DNA from: an uncultured Saprospiraceae bacterium
GTDB taxonomy: Bacteria > Bacteroidota > Bacteroidia > Chitinophagales > Saprospiraceae
DNA length: 64,000 nucleotides
Assembly (NCBI GenBank): GCA_964423205.1
Contig: CAYRDX010000009.1
Coordinates: 6,535 to 70,534, forward strand
Direction: 5' to 3'
The translations under genes were made by a program, and so were the position numbers. This document shows positions 27,937 through 38,211 of this stretch, piece after piece. Numbering within the stretch: position 1 is the stretch's first letter; each line of letters opens with the position of its first letter. The notes beneath the pieces are model-generated. The model ran no database searches. It saw only the letters and a list, made by a program, of their open reading frames with translations, and was not told where the DNA came from.

Positions 27937-29598
27937 ATGGGATCAAACAAAGGTATTGAGAAAGCCGAACTCGACATGATAGTGGATGCTATCAAAGCCT
28001 ATGCAACGGAAAATTTTCCGGAATCACGCCTGCTGGAACTGGACCACAATGACGAATACCCAATTGAAGACATCCGTAAAATGTGCGGCGAGGGTTTGGG
28101 CTTGCACCTCATTTTTATACCCCAGGAATATGAAGGAATGGGAGGAGGAGCATGGGACTCATACAGGGTTTGTGAAACCATGGCCAGCATCGACCTCGGT
28201 GTGGCAACCGGAATTTTTGCCACTTTCCTCGGTGCCGACCCCATTGTTTTTGGGGCAACCGAAGATCAAAAGAAGAATTGGCTTAGCCGCATAGCTGTTG
28301 AGGGATTGCTGCTGGCTTATGGTGCCACCGAACCTGATGCCGGCTCTGACTTAGGTGCTTTACGCACCACTGCAACTCCGGTAATGAAAGATGGTAAGGT
28401 CACAGGCTACAAACTCAATGGTGCCAAGCAGTGGATAAGCAATGGTGGTTATGCCGACATGTACACCATTTTGGCAAATGCCCCCGGCGGACCTACCTGG
28501 TTCGTGCTCGAAAAAGGTGCTGAAGGATTCGCATACGGAAAACCGGAAGACAAGCATGGTATCCGCACCAGCAATACCGCCGCACTTTCACTTGAAGAAG
28601 TTTATGTGCCGGCTGAAAATCTGGTTGGTGAAGGTGAAGGAAAAGGTCTGTATCAGGCGCAACTCGTATTTGGCTACACCCGTCTGATGGTTGCCGCTTT
28701 CGGACTTGGAGGCGGCTGGGGCGCACTCAACAGGGCTATCCCTTATTCGCAGGAAAGGATTCAAAGAGGTACACCACTTTCAGAAAAGCAGGGATATACC
28801 CACAAATTGATCGTTCCCAATGTCGCCCGTTTGGAAGCTGCCCGGTCTTATGTTGAGGAAACAGCAGAAAGGATTGACAATGACGAAGGCAATCTCAACA
28901 CCGAAGGAGCGATAGCAAAATACATGGCTACGGTTTCAGGTAATCAGGCAGCCGACGACAGCATTCAGGCCCTCGGTGGTTATGGTTTCACCAAAGAATA
29001 CATGGTTGAAAAACACAAGCGCGATGTGCGCATCACGACCATTTACGAAGGTACCTCCGAAATCATGGAGATGACCATCAGCCGTGACCGCTGGCAATTG
29101 CACCTGAAAACTCAAGGCCAGTACTACCATGATATGGCCCGGCAGATGGAAAGTCTGCATATCCAAAATCCAAACGTCGGTGCCAATATCGCCGCCATTG
29201 CTATGCATACACTCGCAGACCTGCTGGAGCAGGCCAGGGTAAGGCGACTGACACGCCATCAGCATATCCTGTTGCGCATTGGTGAGTGGATAGCCTGGGC
29301 AGAATGTGCCGGTTCTATGGCCAGAAGGGCCGTGCGGGCTGCCAATGGCACTCTACACGAGAAGGCTGACAACCGTTTTGATGCAAATGCACTGGCTACA
29401 CTTAGTCGCATTTATGCTCGCGAAGCCGCCATGAAAGTAGGTCAGGATGGCTTGAGATGGATACTGGGAGCGGATGCACTTACTCCAGCAGAGGCTGCAG
29501 CTTTTGAAAGTAAACTCAATTTGTCCAGTATCTATCTGGTTCAGACCGGTATGATCAGCGACATGGATGCCATTTGTGATGTAATTTATAAGAGATAG
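27937..29598 (+). CDS. acyl-CoA dehydrogenase family protein with a ~170-aa C-terminal extension
   Basis: [26 protein letters not shown] and [10 protein letters not shown] (catalytic Glu context). ATG 27937 is preferred. The gene ends 51 bp upstream of the megasynthase gene on the same strand. Confidence 0.85.
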   Translation: MGSNKGIEKAELDMIVDAIKAYATENFPESRLLELDHNDEYPIEDIRKMCGEGLGLHLIFIPQEYEGMGGGAWDSYRVCETMASIDLGVATGIFATFLGADPIVFGATEDQKKNWLSRIAVEGLLLAYGATEPDAGSDLGALRTTATPVMKDGKVTGYKLNGAKQWISNGGYADMYTILANAPGGPTWFVLEKGAEGFAYGKPEDKHGIRTSNTAALSLEEVYVPAENLVGEGEGKGLYQAQLVFGYTRLMVAAFGLGGGWGALNRAIPYSQERIQRGTPLSEKQGYTHKLIVPNVARLEAARSYVEETAERIDNDEGNLNTEGAIAKYMATVSGNQAADDSIQALGGYGFTKEYMVEKHKRDVRITTIYEGTSEIMEMTISRDRWQLHLKTQGQYYHDMARQMESLHIQNPNVGANIAAIAMHTLADLLEQARVRRLTRHQHILLRIGEWIAWAECAGSMARRAVRAANGTLHEKADNRFDANALATLSRIYAREAAMKVGQDGLRWILGADALTPAEAAAFESKLNLSSIYLVQTGMISDMDAICDVIYKR

Positions 29599-29649
29599 TG
29601 AAAACGAGCCGGATGCCCTGTTAGCACCGGTCTTTGAAATTTTAGAAAA

Positions 29650-32600
29650 ATGGAAAAAGCAACACATAAAACAGTAGCGATTGTTGGTATTGGAGCAGTG
29701 ATGCCTGACGCCCACGATTTACCACTATTCTGGAATAATATTAAACAGGGAAAATACAGTGTAACCGAAGTCCCTGAAAATAGATGGAGTTTGGATAAAT
29801 ACTACGACCCCGATCCAAAAGTTCCGGACAAAACCTACAGCAAAATTGGAGGCTGGGTGAAAGATGATTATTGGGATCCTCTGAAATGGGGTTTGCCTAT
29901 TCCGCCAAGAATCTGCGACCAGATGGACAATACACAACGCTGGGCCATCAGTGCTACCAGACAGGCATTGGCAGATTTTGGTTTCCCTGAGAAGGATTTT
30001 GACCGCGACCGTACAGCCGTAATTTTTGGTGTGGCCATGGGAGGCGACCAACACTTGTATTCTGCAGCCCGGATTTTTGTCCCTGAATATATTGGTTTGC
30101 TGGACAAATCACCTGGATTTGCCACTCTCCCTGCTGATTTACGCAAGAAAATTATCGGCGAGATGACCGGCCAATTAGGGGATATATTCCCCAGCATTTC
30201 AGAAGATACCATGCCTGGTGAACTGTCGAATATTGTTGCTGGCCGCATCGCAGCACTATACAATTTCCACGGACCAAATTACGTGGCTGATGCAGCCTGT
30301 GCTTCCGCAATGGCCGGCATTTCTGCAGCTATCGAAGGTTTGGTCAGTCACGACTACGACATGGTTGTAACTGGAGGCATCGATGCCAACATGAGCCCGA
30401 CAACCTTTGTGAAATTCTGTAAAATTGGTGCACTCTCAGCCACTGGTACAAGGCCTTATGCCGAAGGAGCCGATGGTTTTATCATGGGAGAAGGGGCTGC
30501 AGTTTTCCTGCTGAAACGACTGGCAGATGCTGAGCGCGATGGTGATAAAATATATGCTGTCATTCGCTCGGTAGGCGGATCCAGCGACGGTAAAGGAAAG
30601 GGCATCACGGCTCCCAACCCGGCAGGTCAGGTATTTGCTGTGAAAAGAGCCTGGGAAAATTCCGGCGTTTCACCTTCAACTGCTACCATGATAGAAGGAC
30701 ATGGTACATCGACATCCGTGGGTGATGCTGTGGAATTGAAATGCCTGCAGGATGTCTTCGGACAATTCAACCTGCCGGTTGGGTCAATCGCTCTGGGTTC
30801 CATTAAATCCAATATCGGCCACCTGAAGGGTGCTGCAGGAGCTGCGGGAATTGCGAAGGCCGTCATGTCATTGCATGAAAAAGTGCTGCCACCCAGCATC
30901 AACTTCCATTCCCCCAATTCCGGTTTTGAATTCGAAAAATCACCTTTTGCTGTGAACACACATTTGAGGCCTTGGGAGATGAAAAACGGAATCCCGCGCC
31001 GTTGTGGTGTGAGTGCATTCGGTTTTGGTGGAACAAATTTCCATGTGGTTCTGGAAGAACACATACCAGGAAAAATACTTTCCGAACAAAAAACTCAGGT
31101 ATTCATGGCCAGCGAACCGGAAGCACCCCATGCTGCACCATTGAAAGTCCCTCTCAGAGGGGCGATGGTGAAAGGTACAAGTTCAAAGGAGGCTTTGGTT
31201 GCTTTCCTGGAAGAAAGCCTTACCAAAGCAGAAGGCGGATGGACGCCAGCCATTGAACCACCACTGAAGGCTGACTTAAAAGCTGATCATCGCATTGCCC
31301 TTGATTTTGAAAATTCAACCGACCTGGCCGGTAAAATCAAGAGAGCTATAAACGGTTTGCAATCCGACAATCCCAAAATATGGGATGCACTGAATGCCAA
31401 AGGTATTTTTTATAGCCAGGGGCCGGTTACGAAAACGGCATTCCTCTTCACTGGTCAGGGTTCCCAGTACATCAATATGCTGAAAGAGCTGAAAGAAATT
31501 GAACCCATCGTGAAGAAAATTTTCGACGAGGCCGATGAAGTCATGAAGCCCTTGTTGGGAAAGCCCTTGACGGAGTACATCTTTTTCGATAGAAACGATA
31601 AAGAAGCGGTGGAAGCAGCCACCAAAAACCTGATGCAGACGGAAATAACACAACCCGCTGTATTGTCAGTTGATTATGCCCTTTTTAAAATGATGGAAGC
31701 TTACGGGATAAAACCCGACTATGTCATGGGTCACAGTTTAGGGGAATATGGAGCTTTAGTTGCTTCAGGAGCGCTGGAGTTTGCCAGCGCACTGAAAGTG
31801 GTCAGTGCCCGCGGTGCGGAAATGGCCAACGTGAAAGTGGAGGACAAGGGCATCATGGCTGCAGTTTTCGCTTCTCCGGACCAGATTTCGGAAGTCATCA
31901 GCAAGATTGATGGTTATGTTGAAATTGCCAATGTGAACAGTTTCGGGCAATGCGTGATAGGCGGTGAAACAGAATCGACTTTGGCAGCCATGAAAGCCTG
32001 TAAAGCAGCGGGTTACCATGTGACTCAATTGCCGGTTAGCCATGCCTTCCACACAAGAATTGTAGCGCCTGCCAGTATTCCATTTGCCAATGCGCTCAGA
32101 AATGGGAAATTGAAAGCACCTTCTATTCCAGTAATTTCCAACGTTACCGGCGAATTTTATCCCACAGGAGCGGATGTAGTTCCTGAGATACTGGATCTAC
32201 TCTCCAGGCAGATTGCCTCCCCGGTTCAGTTTGTAAAAGGCATCAACAAATTGTACGAAAGTGGTGTCCGTGTATTTGTGGAATGTGGTCCAAAAAGGGC
32301 CTTGCATGGTTTTGTCAAAGACATCACAGCTGAAAAGGAAGATGTGATGAACCTTTTCACCAACCAGCAAAAAGGTGGTGATATAGCTTCATTTAACCAG
32401 GCACTTTGTGGCTTGTATGCAGCCGGACTTGGATACGGCCGTGAAGAAATAAAAGTTGAGGTCCCACAGCAGGAAGTTCCTGCAGTGCAAGTTCAGGATA
32501 CTATGCCTGTCGCAAGCAAATCGGCTCCGGTACCAACTTTTTCCAGCCAACAGACATCATCACCGGAAACCCCTTCCAGCACACCATCTGGTGATAGATA

Positions 32601-35600
32601 TTCCCAACTAGGTAAGCTCTTTGTCGAATTCATGGACAAAGCCAATGCAGTGTACTCAGGAACTACCGGATCGCGTCCTGTGCAGGATATCTGGATAACC
32701 GGTGCAGCAGTGGGACTACCCAAGGTGGATGGAGTTTTCAGCGACTCCAACGTGGAGAAACTGCTGAATGGCGAGCAATTGATTAGTAACATTCCCGCTG
32801 AGTTTCAACAGGCCATGCTCGACAGGAATATCACACGCCTGGTGAAAATGGGACACGGCGGGCCACGGTTCGAAACCATTTCCACAATCAATGAAGTCAT
32901 AAAACTGGCCGCCCGAAAGGCCGGTATGGATTTAGCCGCCGATTTTGGATACCCCTCCAAACGTATGAGCGCCCTCGACATCACGACGGAACTGGCCATC
33001 GGTGCTGGCATCGATGCTATGCGGGATGCTGGTATTCCAATGGTCATGCACTATAAGACAACGACCACAGGCTCCAAATTACCCGACAGATGGTTGCTGC
33101 CTGCCCAGATGCAAAATGATACAGGCATCATTTTCTGTTCGGCTTTTCCTGGTTACAACAACTATGCAAAGGAAATGAGGGAGTACTTTGAAAATAAGGC
33201 TCTCAAAGAACAGTTGTCTGTATTGAACAGTCTGCGAACCAGGATAGGTGCACAAAACGGCGCAGAAAAATTACATCTGGAAATTGATTCCCAAATCCTA
33301 AGGGTTCAGAAAGAACTGGAGAAAACACCTTATTCCTTTAACCGCAGATTCTTGCTGCGGGTATTGGCAATGGGCCACTCTCAGTTTGCTGAATATATCG
33401 GAGCCAAAGGCCCCAATACGCAAATCAACTCTGCTTGCGCAAGCACAACCCTGGCAGTGGGAATGGCAAAAGACTGGATTGAAGCTGGACGTTGCAAAAG
33501 AGTTATCATAATTGCAGCCGATGACATTACAGCTGATGAAACGATTGGCTGGTTCTCCAGTGGTTTTCTGGCCGCGGGTGCAGCCGCAACAGACGCCAGG
33601 GTGGAAGACGCAGCCCTGCCATTCGACAAACGTCGCCACGGCATGATAGTCGGTATGGGTGGTGCAGCCATAGTGGTGGAATCAGGTGGTTCAGCTTCTG
33701 AAAGAGGCATCAAACCAATTTGTGAAGTACTTAGCACGGTAGCAGCTAACAGCGCTTTCCACGCCACTCAGCTCGATGTGGACCATATCAAGTGCATCAT
33801 GGAGGATCTCATAGCAGAGGCAGAACGCAAGTGGGGAATCGACCGCTATGAAATTGCCGCTCAAACGGTTTTTGTCTCTCATGAAACCTATACTCCCGCC
33901 AGAGGCGGCAGTGCTTCCGCTGAAATATTTGCGCTGCGCCATGTTTTCCAGTCGGCTGCCGATAAAATAGTCATTGCCAACACGAAAGGCATGACAGGAC
34001 ATGCCATGGCAGTTGGTATTGAAGATATACTGGCCATTAAATCTCTGGAAACCGGATGGGTACCGCCTGTTCCCAATTTCAAAGAAGTTGACCCGGAACT
34101 CGGAATGCTCAACCTGTCGAAAGGAGGAGCCTATCCCATTCGTTATGCACTCAGATTGGGTGCCGGTTTTGGTTCACAAATAGCCATGAGTCTCCTGCGC
34201 TGGACACCTGCTTCCGTAGATGGGTCCAGGCCAAAACCCAATCAGTTGGGGTATGCTTATCGCATCAACGACAATGACAGATGGAGAAACTGGTTGAAGG
34301 TAATCAGCGGTAAAGACGCACCTGAAATGGAGGTTGTAAAACGAACCCTCAGGATAAAAGATAAGTTTGGTGAACTATTAAGTGAGCCAGAAGATAACCT
34401 GAACGGCTTTGCTGAAGAAACTGCATCAACTGAACAGACCGTAACGGTGGAAACCACAGGAGTCGTGGTCGAAAACAATGGCCGAACTGAGTTATCAGAT
34501 CCGGTCAGAGACCGAATTTTAACACTCATTTCAGAAAAGACAGGTTACCCGGTCGATATGCTCAATCCCGACCTTGACCTGGAGGCCGATCTGGGTATCG
34601 ACACGGTAAAACAAGCTGAATTGTTTGCCGAAATCCGCGGCGAATACGGCATTGAGCGGGACGACAACGTTCAGTTGTCCAATTTCCCGACGCTCAACCA
34701 CATTATACAGTTCGTTTACGACAAACGTCCAGGCCTAAAGCAGGCTGCCTCAACTGTTGCTACTTCCCCAACTCTATCAGCAGCCTCAATGGACGCTCCT
34801 GCAACGGCGGCGGCCTCGTCCCCCCTCGAAAGGAGTTGGGGGGTGACCTCACCAGCCCTGACTGATGGAGTCAAGGAAAAAATTCTCTTTCTCATTGCCG
34901 AAAAAACCGGCTACCCGGTTGAAATGCTCGACCCTGAGCTCGACCTGGAGGCAGACCTCGGCATCGATACAGTCAAACAGGCAGAACTCTTTGCTGAAAT
35001 CCGCGGCAACTGGGGCATCGACAGGGACGATAACCTGCAACTGGCAGATTTCCCGACTATCAATCATATCGTCCAGTTTGTCTATGACAGGAAACCAGAA
35101 TTGAAGCAGGATTCGGTTTTACTGTCTGTGACCACCACTACTTCCGCAGACCTAGTGTCTGAAAAAGCTCCGGAAGACCATATAAAGTTTAGTAATCTCG
35201 AGGCTGTCAATCAGATTCCCAGACGCATTCCAACACCGCAACTCAGACCAGCACTGAAATATTGCAAAGCATCAGGTGTGCAACTCAACGATGAAACAAC
35301 AGTGCTCGTCATGCCCGACAATGGTGGAGTCGCAAAGTCTCTCCTTTCGCAACTGAAGAAATCGGGAGCGAAAGTGCATGTGCTTGATCAAGGTATTACC
35401 GCTGACCAACTCAGCAAACAGCTCTGTGATTTATCGGCAAATGGGCCCATTCACGGCGTGTACTGGTTGCCTGCACTCGATTACGAGGGTGACATTGAAA
35501 AACTGAGTTACAGGGATTGGAAAGCAGCCACGCAACTTCGTGTGAAGCTTCTTTACGCAACAATGCGTGAACTGGTGCTGCTGAAAAACGAAAACGTTTT

Positions 35601-37716
35601 CCTCGTCTCTGCAACATGCATGGGTGGCCATTTCGGGTACGACGAAAATGGTGCGCTTGCTCCTTTGGGTGGTGCGGTTTCTGGTTTTACAAAAGCATAC
35701 AAACGGGAGCATCCTGCTGCACAGGTGAAAGTGGTCGATTTTGAGAAATCACGCAAGACCACAGCCAACGCACAATTGCTGATTGACGAAACGCTCTTAG
35801 ATCCAGGTATTGTGGAAGTCGGATACAAAGATGAACAAAGATGGAGCATTGGTTTGCAGGAGGTGCCCGTTCCGCAGGGAAGCGAAGGCATGAAACTAAC
35901 CAAAGAATCCACTTTCCTGGTTACCGGTGCAGCCGGCAGCATCACCTCGGCCATCACGGCTGACCTTGCCGCTGCATCATCGGGAACGTTCTTTCTGCTC
36001 GACCTCACTCCTTCACCTGATCAATCGGATGCTGACCTGATTCGCTTCGCAAATGATAAGGAGGGTCTGAAGCGTGAAATTTTCAACCGCATGACTGCAT
36101 CTGGCGATAAACCCACGCCAGTCAAAGTGGACAAAGAGCTCGCTGCGATCGAGCGCAGATATTCAGCCCTTGCTGCCATTGAGGCAGTAGAAAAGGCCGG
36201 TGGCACAGCACACTATTACAGCGTTGACCTTCGTGACCAAAAGGCTGTTGCGGCAGCAGTGAAGGATATCAAAAAGAAAGTGAATAGGATTGATGTTATG
36301 CTGCACGCAGGAGGATTGGAAATCAGCCGTTTGCTGCCCGACAAGTCGCCGCAGGAATTCGACCTCGTATTTGATGTAAAAGCAGATGGCTGGTACAACC
36401 TGCTTTCGTCATTTGGCGAGTTCCATATCGGGGCAACTGTGGCCTTCAGCTCTATTGCCGGAAGGTTTGGCAACGGCGGCCAGACCGACTACAGTTCCGC
36501 CAATGACTTCCTTTGCAAGAGCACATCGAGCTTCCGCACCTACCGTCCGGAGACTCGTGGCATTGCACTCGACTGGACAGCATGGGGTGGTATTGGCATG
36601 GCTACCCGGGGTTCTATCCCTACAGTTATGAAACAAGCCGGCATCGACATGCTGCCACCGGAAGCGGGAATTCCGTTTATCAGAAAAGAACTGACTGCTG
36701 CCAATACCGGAATGGAAGTGGTAGTGGCACAGCGCCTCGGCAGGATGATGGAGGAATTTGATTATAATGGTGGACTTCAACCGGAAGCCGTCAGTGAAAG
36801 ACTGCAACAAAGCAAAGGGGTGATGGTGCAGGAAGTGGTGAAAATGGGCCTCTATGAAGGACTGGTTACCAAAGCAAGCTTCAATCCAAAAGAGCAGGGC
36901 TTCCTTTTCGATCACCAGATTAACGGCACCCCGGTATTGCCGGGTGTCATGGGCATCGAAGCGATGGTGGATGCCGCCACTTGTTTATTCCCGGAACTAC
37001 ATGTTCAGTCGGTTGAAGCTGTGGACTTTTTTGCTCCGTTCAAGTTTTATCGCTCAGAACCGAGAGAAGTGTTTGTGAAAGTCATCTATCTGGCAGATGG
37101 CTCTAATGTCGCAGCTAATTGCGAGTTGTTCGGTACCCGCAAACTACATGGCCAAACCAAAGAGGAGGTGAAGACTCACTTCAGCGCCAAAGTCTTTCTC
37201 GGAGAAAAAGCACCGGAAAAACCAGCACCATTGACAAAAAAATTAGATCCTTCGAAAAAGCAGGCAGTAGCTGTGCCGGATGATATTTACAAACTTTACT
37301 TCCACGGCCCGGCCTATCAGGTCATCGAAAAGACATGGAAGAAAGGGGAAGATATGGTTGGGCTTTACGCAAACGGTATTCCAGCCAACCACCATCCGGA
37401 GGAGCTGCAAACTCTGGCCCTGCCGCGGTTTGTGGAATTGTGTTTCCAGGTGGCTGGCATCACAGAAATGGGTGGACATGGAAGAATGGGATTGCCCAGG
37501 CACCTCGACTCACTGCAAATACACAGGCAAGCTGTTATTGGCAAAGCCAATTATTACGCTGTAGTGAGTCAGGATAATGGGGCTTACCATGCTTCTGTGG
37601 TGGATTCGAAAGGTGAAGTTTACCTGACCCTGAAGGGTTACCAGACGGTTGAGTTTATTTCGGATTTTGATAAAAATCTGTTGGTGCCTTTGCAGGCTGT
37701 GGCAGGAGGAGAGTAG
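29650..37716 (+). CDS. PfaA/HglE-like iterative type I fatty-acid/polyketide megasynthase: KS - AT - second KS-like domain - ACP - ACP - KR - PKS-type DH
   Basis: 2688-aa ORF. KS1 spans about 29671-31065 (DAACASAM Cys217, HGTSTSVGD, NIGHLKGAAG). AT spans about 31441-32320 (GHSLGEYG Ser696, VSHAFHT). A Pro/Ser-rich linker follows. KS2-like spans about 32689-34203 (NSACAST Cys1263, SHETYTP, TGHAMAVG). ACP1 is about 34501-34725 and ACP2 about 34864-35095 (both LGIDTVKQAELFAEIRG). KR spans about 35250-36720 (VTGAAGSITS, Tyr2281 in DYSSAND). DH spans about 36830-37700 (His2422 in DHQINGTPVLPG). Confidence 0.9.
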   Translation: MEKATHKTVAIVGIGAVMPDAHDLPLFWNNIKQGKYSVTEVPENRWSLDKYYDPDPKVPDKTYSKIGGWVKDDYWDPLKWGLPIPPRICDQMDNTQRWAISATRQALADFGFPEKDFDRDRTAVIFGVAMGGDQHLYSAARIFVPEYIGLLDKSPGFATLPADLRKKIIGEMTGQLGDIFPSISEDTMPGELSNIVAGRIAALYNFHGPNYVADAACASAMAGISAAIEGLVSHDYDMVVTGGIDANMSPTTFVKFCKIGALSATGTRPYAEGADGFIMGEGAAVFLLKRLADAERDGDKIYAVIRSVGGSSDGKGKGITAPNPAGQVFAVKRAWENSGVSPSTATMIEGHGTSTSVGDAVELKCLQDVFGQFNLPVGSIALGSIKSNIGHLKGAAGAAGIAKAVMSLHEKVLPPSINFHSPNSGFEFEKSPFAVNTHLRPWEMKNGIPRRCGVSAFGFGGTNFHVVLEEHIPGKILSEQKTQVFMASEPEAPHAAPLKVPLRGAMVKGTSSKEALVAFLEESLTKAEGGWTPAIEPPLKADLKADHRIALDFENSTDLAGKIKRAINGLQSDNPKIWDALNAKGIFYSQGPVTKTAFLFTGQGSQYINMLKELKEIEPIVKKIFDEADEVMKPLLGKPLTEYIFFDRNDKEAVEAATKNLMQTEITQPAVLSVDYALFKMMEAYGIKPDYVMGHSLGEYGALVASGALEFASALKVVSARGAEMANVKVEDKGIMAAVFASPDQISEVISKIDGYVEIANVNSFGQCVIGGETESTLAAMKACKAAGYHVTQLPVSHAFHTRIVAPASIPFANALRNGKLKAPSIPVISNVTGEFYPTGADVVPEILDLLSRQIASPVQFVKGINKLYESGVRVFVECGPKRALHGFVKDITAEKEDVMNLFTNQQKGGDIASFNQALCGLYAAGLGYGREEIKVEVPQQEVPAVQVQDTMPVASKSAPVPTFSSQQTSSPETPSSTPSGDRYSQLGKLFVEFMDKANAVYSGTTGSRPVQDIWITGAAVGLPKVDGVFSDSNVEKLLNGEQLISNIPAEFQQAMLDRNITRLVKMGHGGPRFETISTINEVIKLAARKAGMDLAADFGYPSKRMSALDITTELAIGAGIDAMRDAGIPMVMHYKTTTTGSKLPDRWLLPAQMQNDTGIIFCSAFPGYNNYAKEMREYFENKALKEQLSVLNSLRTRIGAQNGAEKLHLEIDSQILRVQKELEKTPYSFNRRFLLRVLAMGHSQFAEYIGAKGPNTQINSACASTTLAVGMAKDWIEAGRCKRVIIIAADDITADETIGWFSSGFLAAGAAATDARVEDAALPFDKRRHGMIVGMGGAAIVVESGGSASERGIKPICEVLSTVAANSAFHATQLDVDHIKCIMEDLIAEAERKWGIDRYEIAAQTVFVSHETYTPARGGSASAEIFALRHVFQSAADKIVIANTKGMTGHAMAVGIEDILAIKSLETGWVPPVPNFKEVDPELGMLNLSKGGAYPIRYALRLGAGFGSQIAMSLLRWTPASVDGSRPKPNQLGYAYRINDNDRWRNWLKVISGKDAPEMEVVKRTLRIKDKFGELLSEPEDNLNGFAEETASTEQTVTVETTGVVVENNGRTELSDPVRDRILTLISEKTGYPVDMLNPDLDLEADLGIDTVKQAELFAEIRGEYGIERDDNVQLSNFPTLNHIIQFVYDKRPGLKQAASTVATSPTLSAASMDAPATAAASSPLERSWGVTSPALTDGVKEKILFLIAEKTGYPVEMLDPELDLEADLGIDTVKQAELFAEIRGNWGIDRDDNLQLADFPTINHIVQFVYDRKPELKQDSVLLSVTTTTSADLVSEKAPEDHIKFSNLEAVNQIPRRIPTPQLRPALKYCKASGVQLNDETTVLVMPDNGGVAKSLLSQLKKSGAKVHVLDQGITADQLSKQLCDLSANGPIHGVYWLPALDYEGDIEKLSYRDWKAATQLRVKLLYATMRELVLLKNENVFLVSATCMGGHFGYDENGALAPLGGAVSGFTKAYKREHPAAQVKVVDFEKSRKTTANAQLLIDETLLDPGIVEVGYKDEQRWSIGLQEVPVPQGSEGMKLTKESTFLVTGAAGSITSAITADLAAASSGTFFLLDLTPSPDQSDADLIRFANDKEGLKREIFNRMTASGDKPTPVKVDKELAAIERRYSALAAIEAVEKAGGTAHYYSVDLRDQKAVAAAVKDIKKKVNRIDVMLHAGGLEISRLLPDKSPQEFDLVFDVKADGWYNLLSSFGEFHIGATVAFSSIAGRFGNGGQTDYSSANDFLCKSTSSFRTYRPETRGIALDWTAWGGIGMATRGSIPTVMKQAGIDMLPPEAGIPFIRKELTAANTGMEVVVAQRLGRMMEEFDYNGGLQPEAVSERLQQSKGVMVQEVVKMGLYEGLVTKASFNPKEQGFLFDHQINGTPVLPGVMGIEAMVDAATCLFPELHVQSVEAVDFFAPFKFYRSEPREVFVKVIYLADGSNVAANCELFGTRKLHGQTKEEVKTHFSAKVFLGEKAPEKPAPLTKKLDPSKKQAVAVPDDIYKLYFHGPAYQVIEKTWKKGEDMVGLYANGIPANHHPEELQTLALPRFVELCFQVAGITEMGGHGRMGLPRHLDSLQIHRQAVIGKANYYAVVSQDNGAYHASVVDSKGEVYLTLKGYQTVEFISDFDKNLLVPLQAVAGGE

Positions 37717-37717
37717 G

Positions 37718-37904
37718 GATTGAGGAGGTTGAGGGAGTTGAGAGAAGTTAAATGAAATCCGCGAGTATAGCCTCTGCGTAACTTCGCGCGTAATCTCTGC
37801 GGTTCTCTGTGTAATATCGCAGAGCTTCCCAGAGGATACACAAAGTTACTCAGAGGAGCGGTGCGTTATTAATCACCCTCAACTCCCTTAAACTCCCTCA
37901 ACTT
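37718..37904. repeat. composite hairpin: gttgagg word arms enclosing CTCTGCG/CTCTGTG heptads
   Basis: The left arm gattgaggaggttgagggagttgagagaagtt pairs with the right arm caccctcaactcccttaaactccctcaactt. The interior holds ctctgcg ... cgcagag and cagagg units. It starts 2 nt after the megasynthase stop. Confidence 0.8.
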
Positions 37905-38022
37905 ATCTTCTGGTAACAAGAAATCATAATGTCATTACTGTCAGTAGCCTGGTTCGCCCAATCATCCTGCGAGTAACATGTTCATTCACGAGAAATTTGA
38001 ATATTGGTTTAGCTATGGCCCA

Positions 38023-38116
38023 GCCACGTAGTGGCGATACCGTTTATAGAAATGCTAATTGATGGAATTTAGTCACGTAGTGACGGCCCGAAAAGTAGGT
38101 GCCGCCACTACGTGGC
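38023..38116. repeat. three copies of a 13-nt CACGTAGTG-core motif (two direct, one inverted)
   Basis: gccacgtagtggc (38023-38035), gtcacgtagtgac (38072-38084) and gccactacgtggc (38104-38116). Copies 1 and 3 are exact reverse complements. The cluster lies about 100-190 nt upstream of the PPTase start. Confidence 0.8.
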
Positions 38117-38211
38117 TCGATAGAATTTGTGGTGTTAACTATTAACTGAATCGGGGCTAACGCCCCTTTTACTTTCAGTTTTGGGAGTACCGAAACAATA
38201 ACTTTCTAATC

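Noticed and set aside
29725-37577. Dozens of 60-170 aa ORFs on both strands inside the megasynthase gene (for example 30627..31064 -, 33381..33767 -, 36409..36915 -)
   Set aside because: All are nested in, or antisense to, an uninterrupted 2688-codon frame with clear KS/AT/ACP/KR/DH motifs. Their compositions (Ala/Gly/Ser/Arg-rich) are typical of off-frame translation of a coding region.
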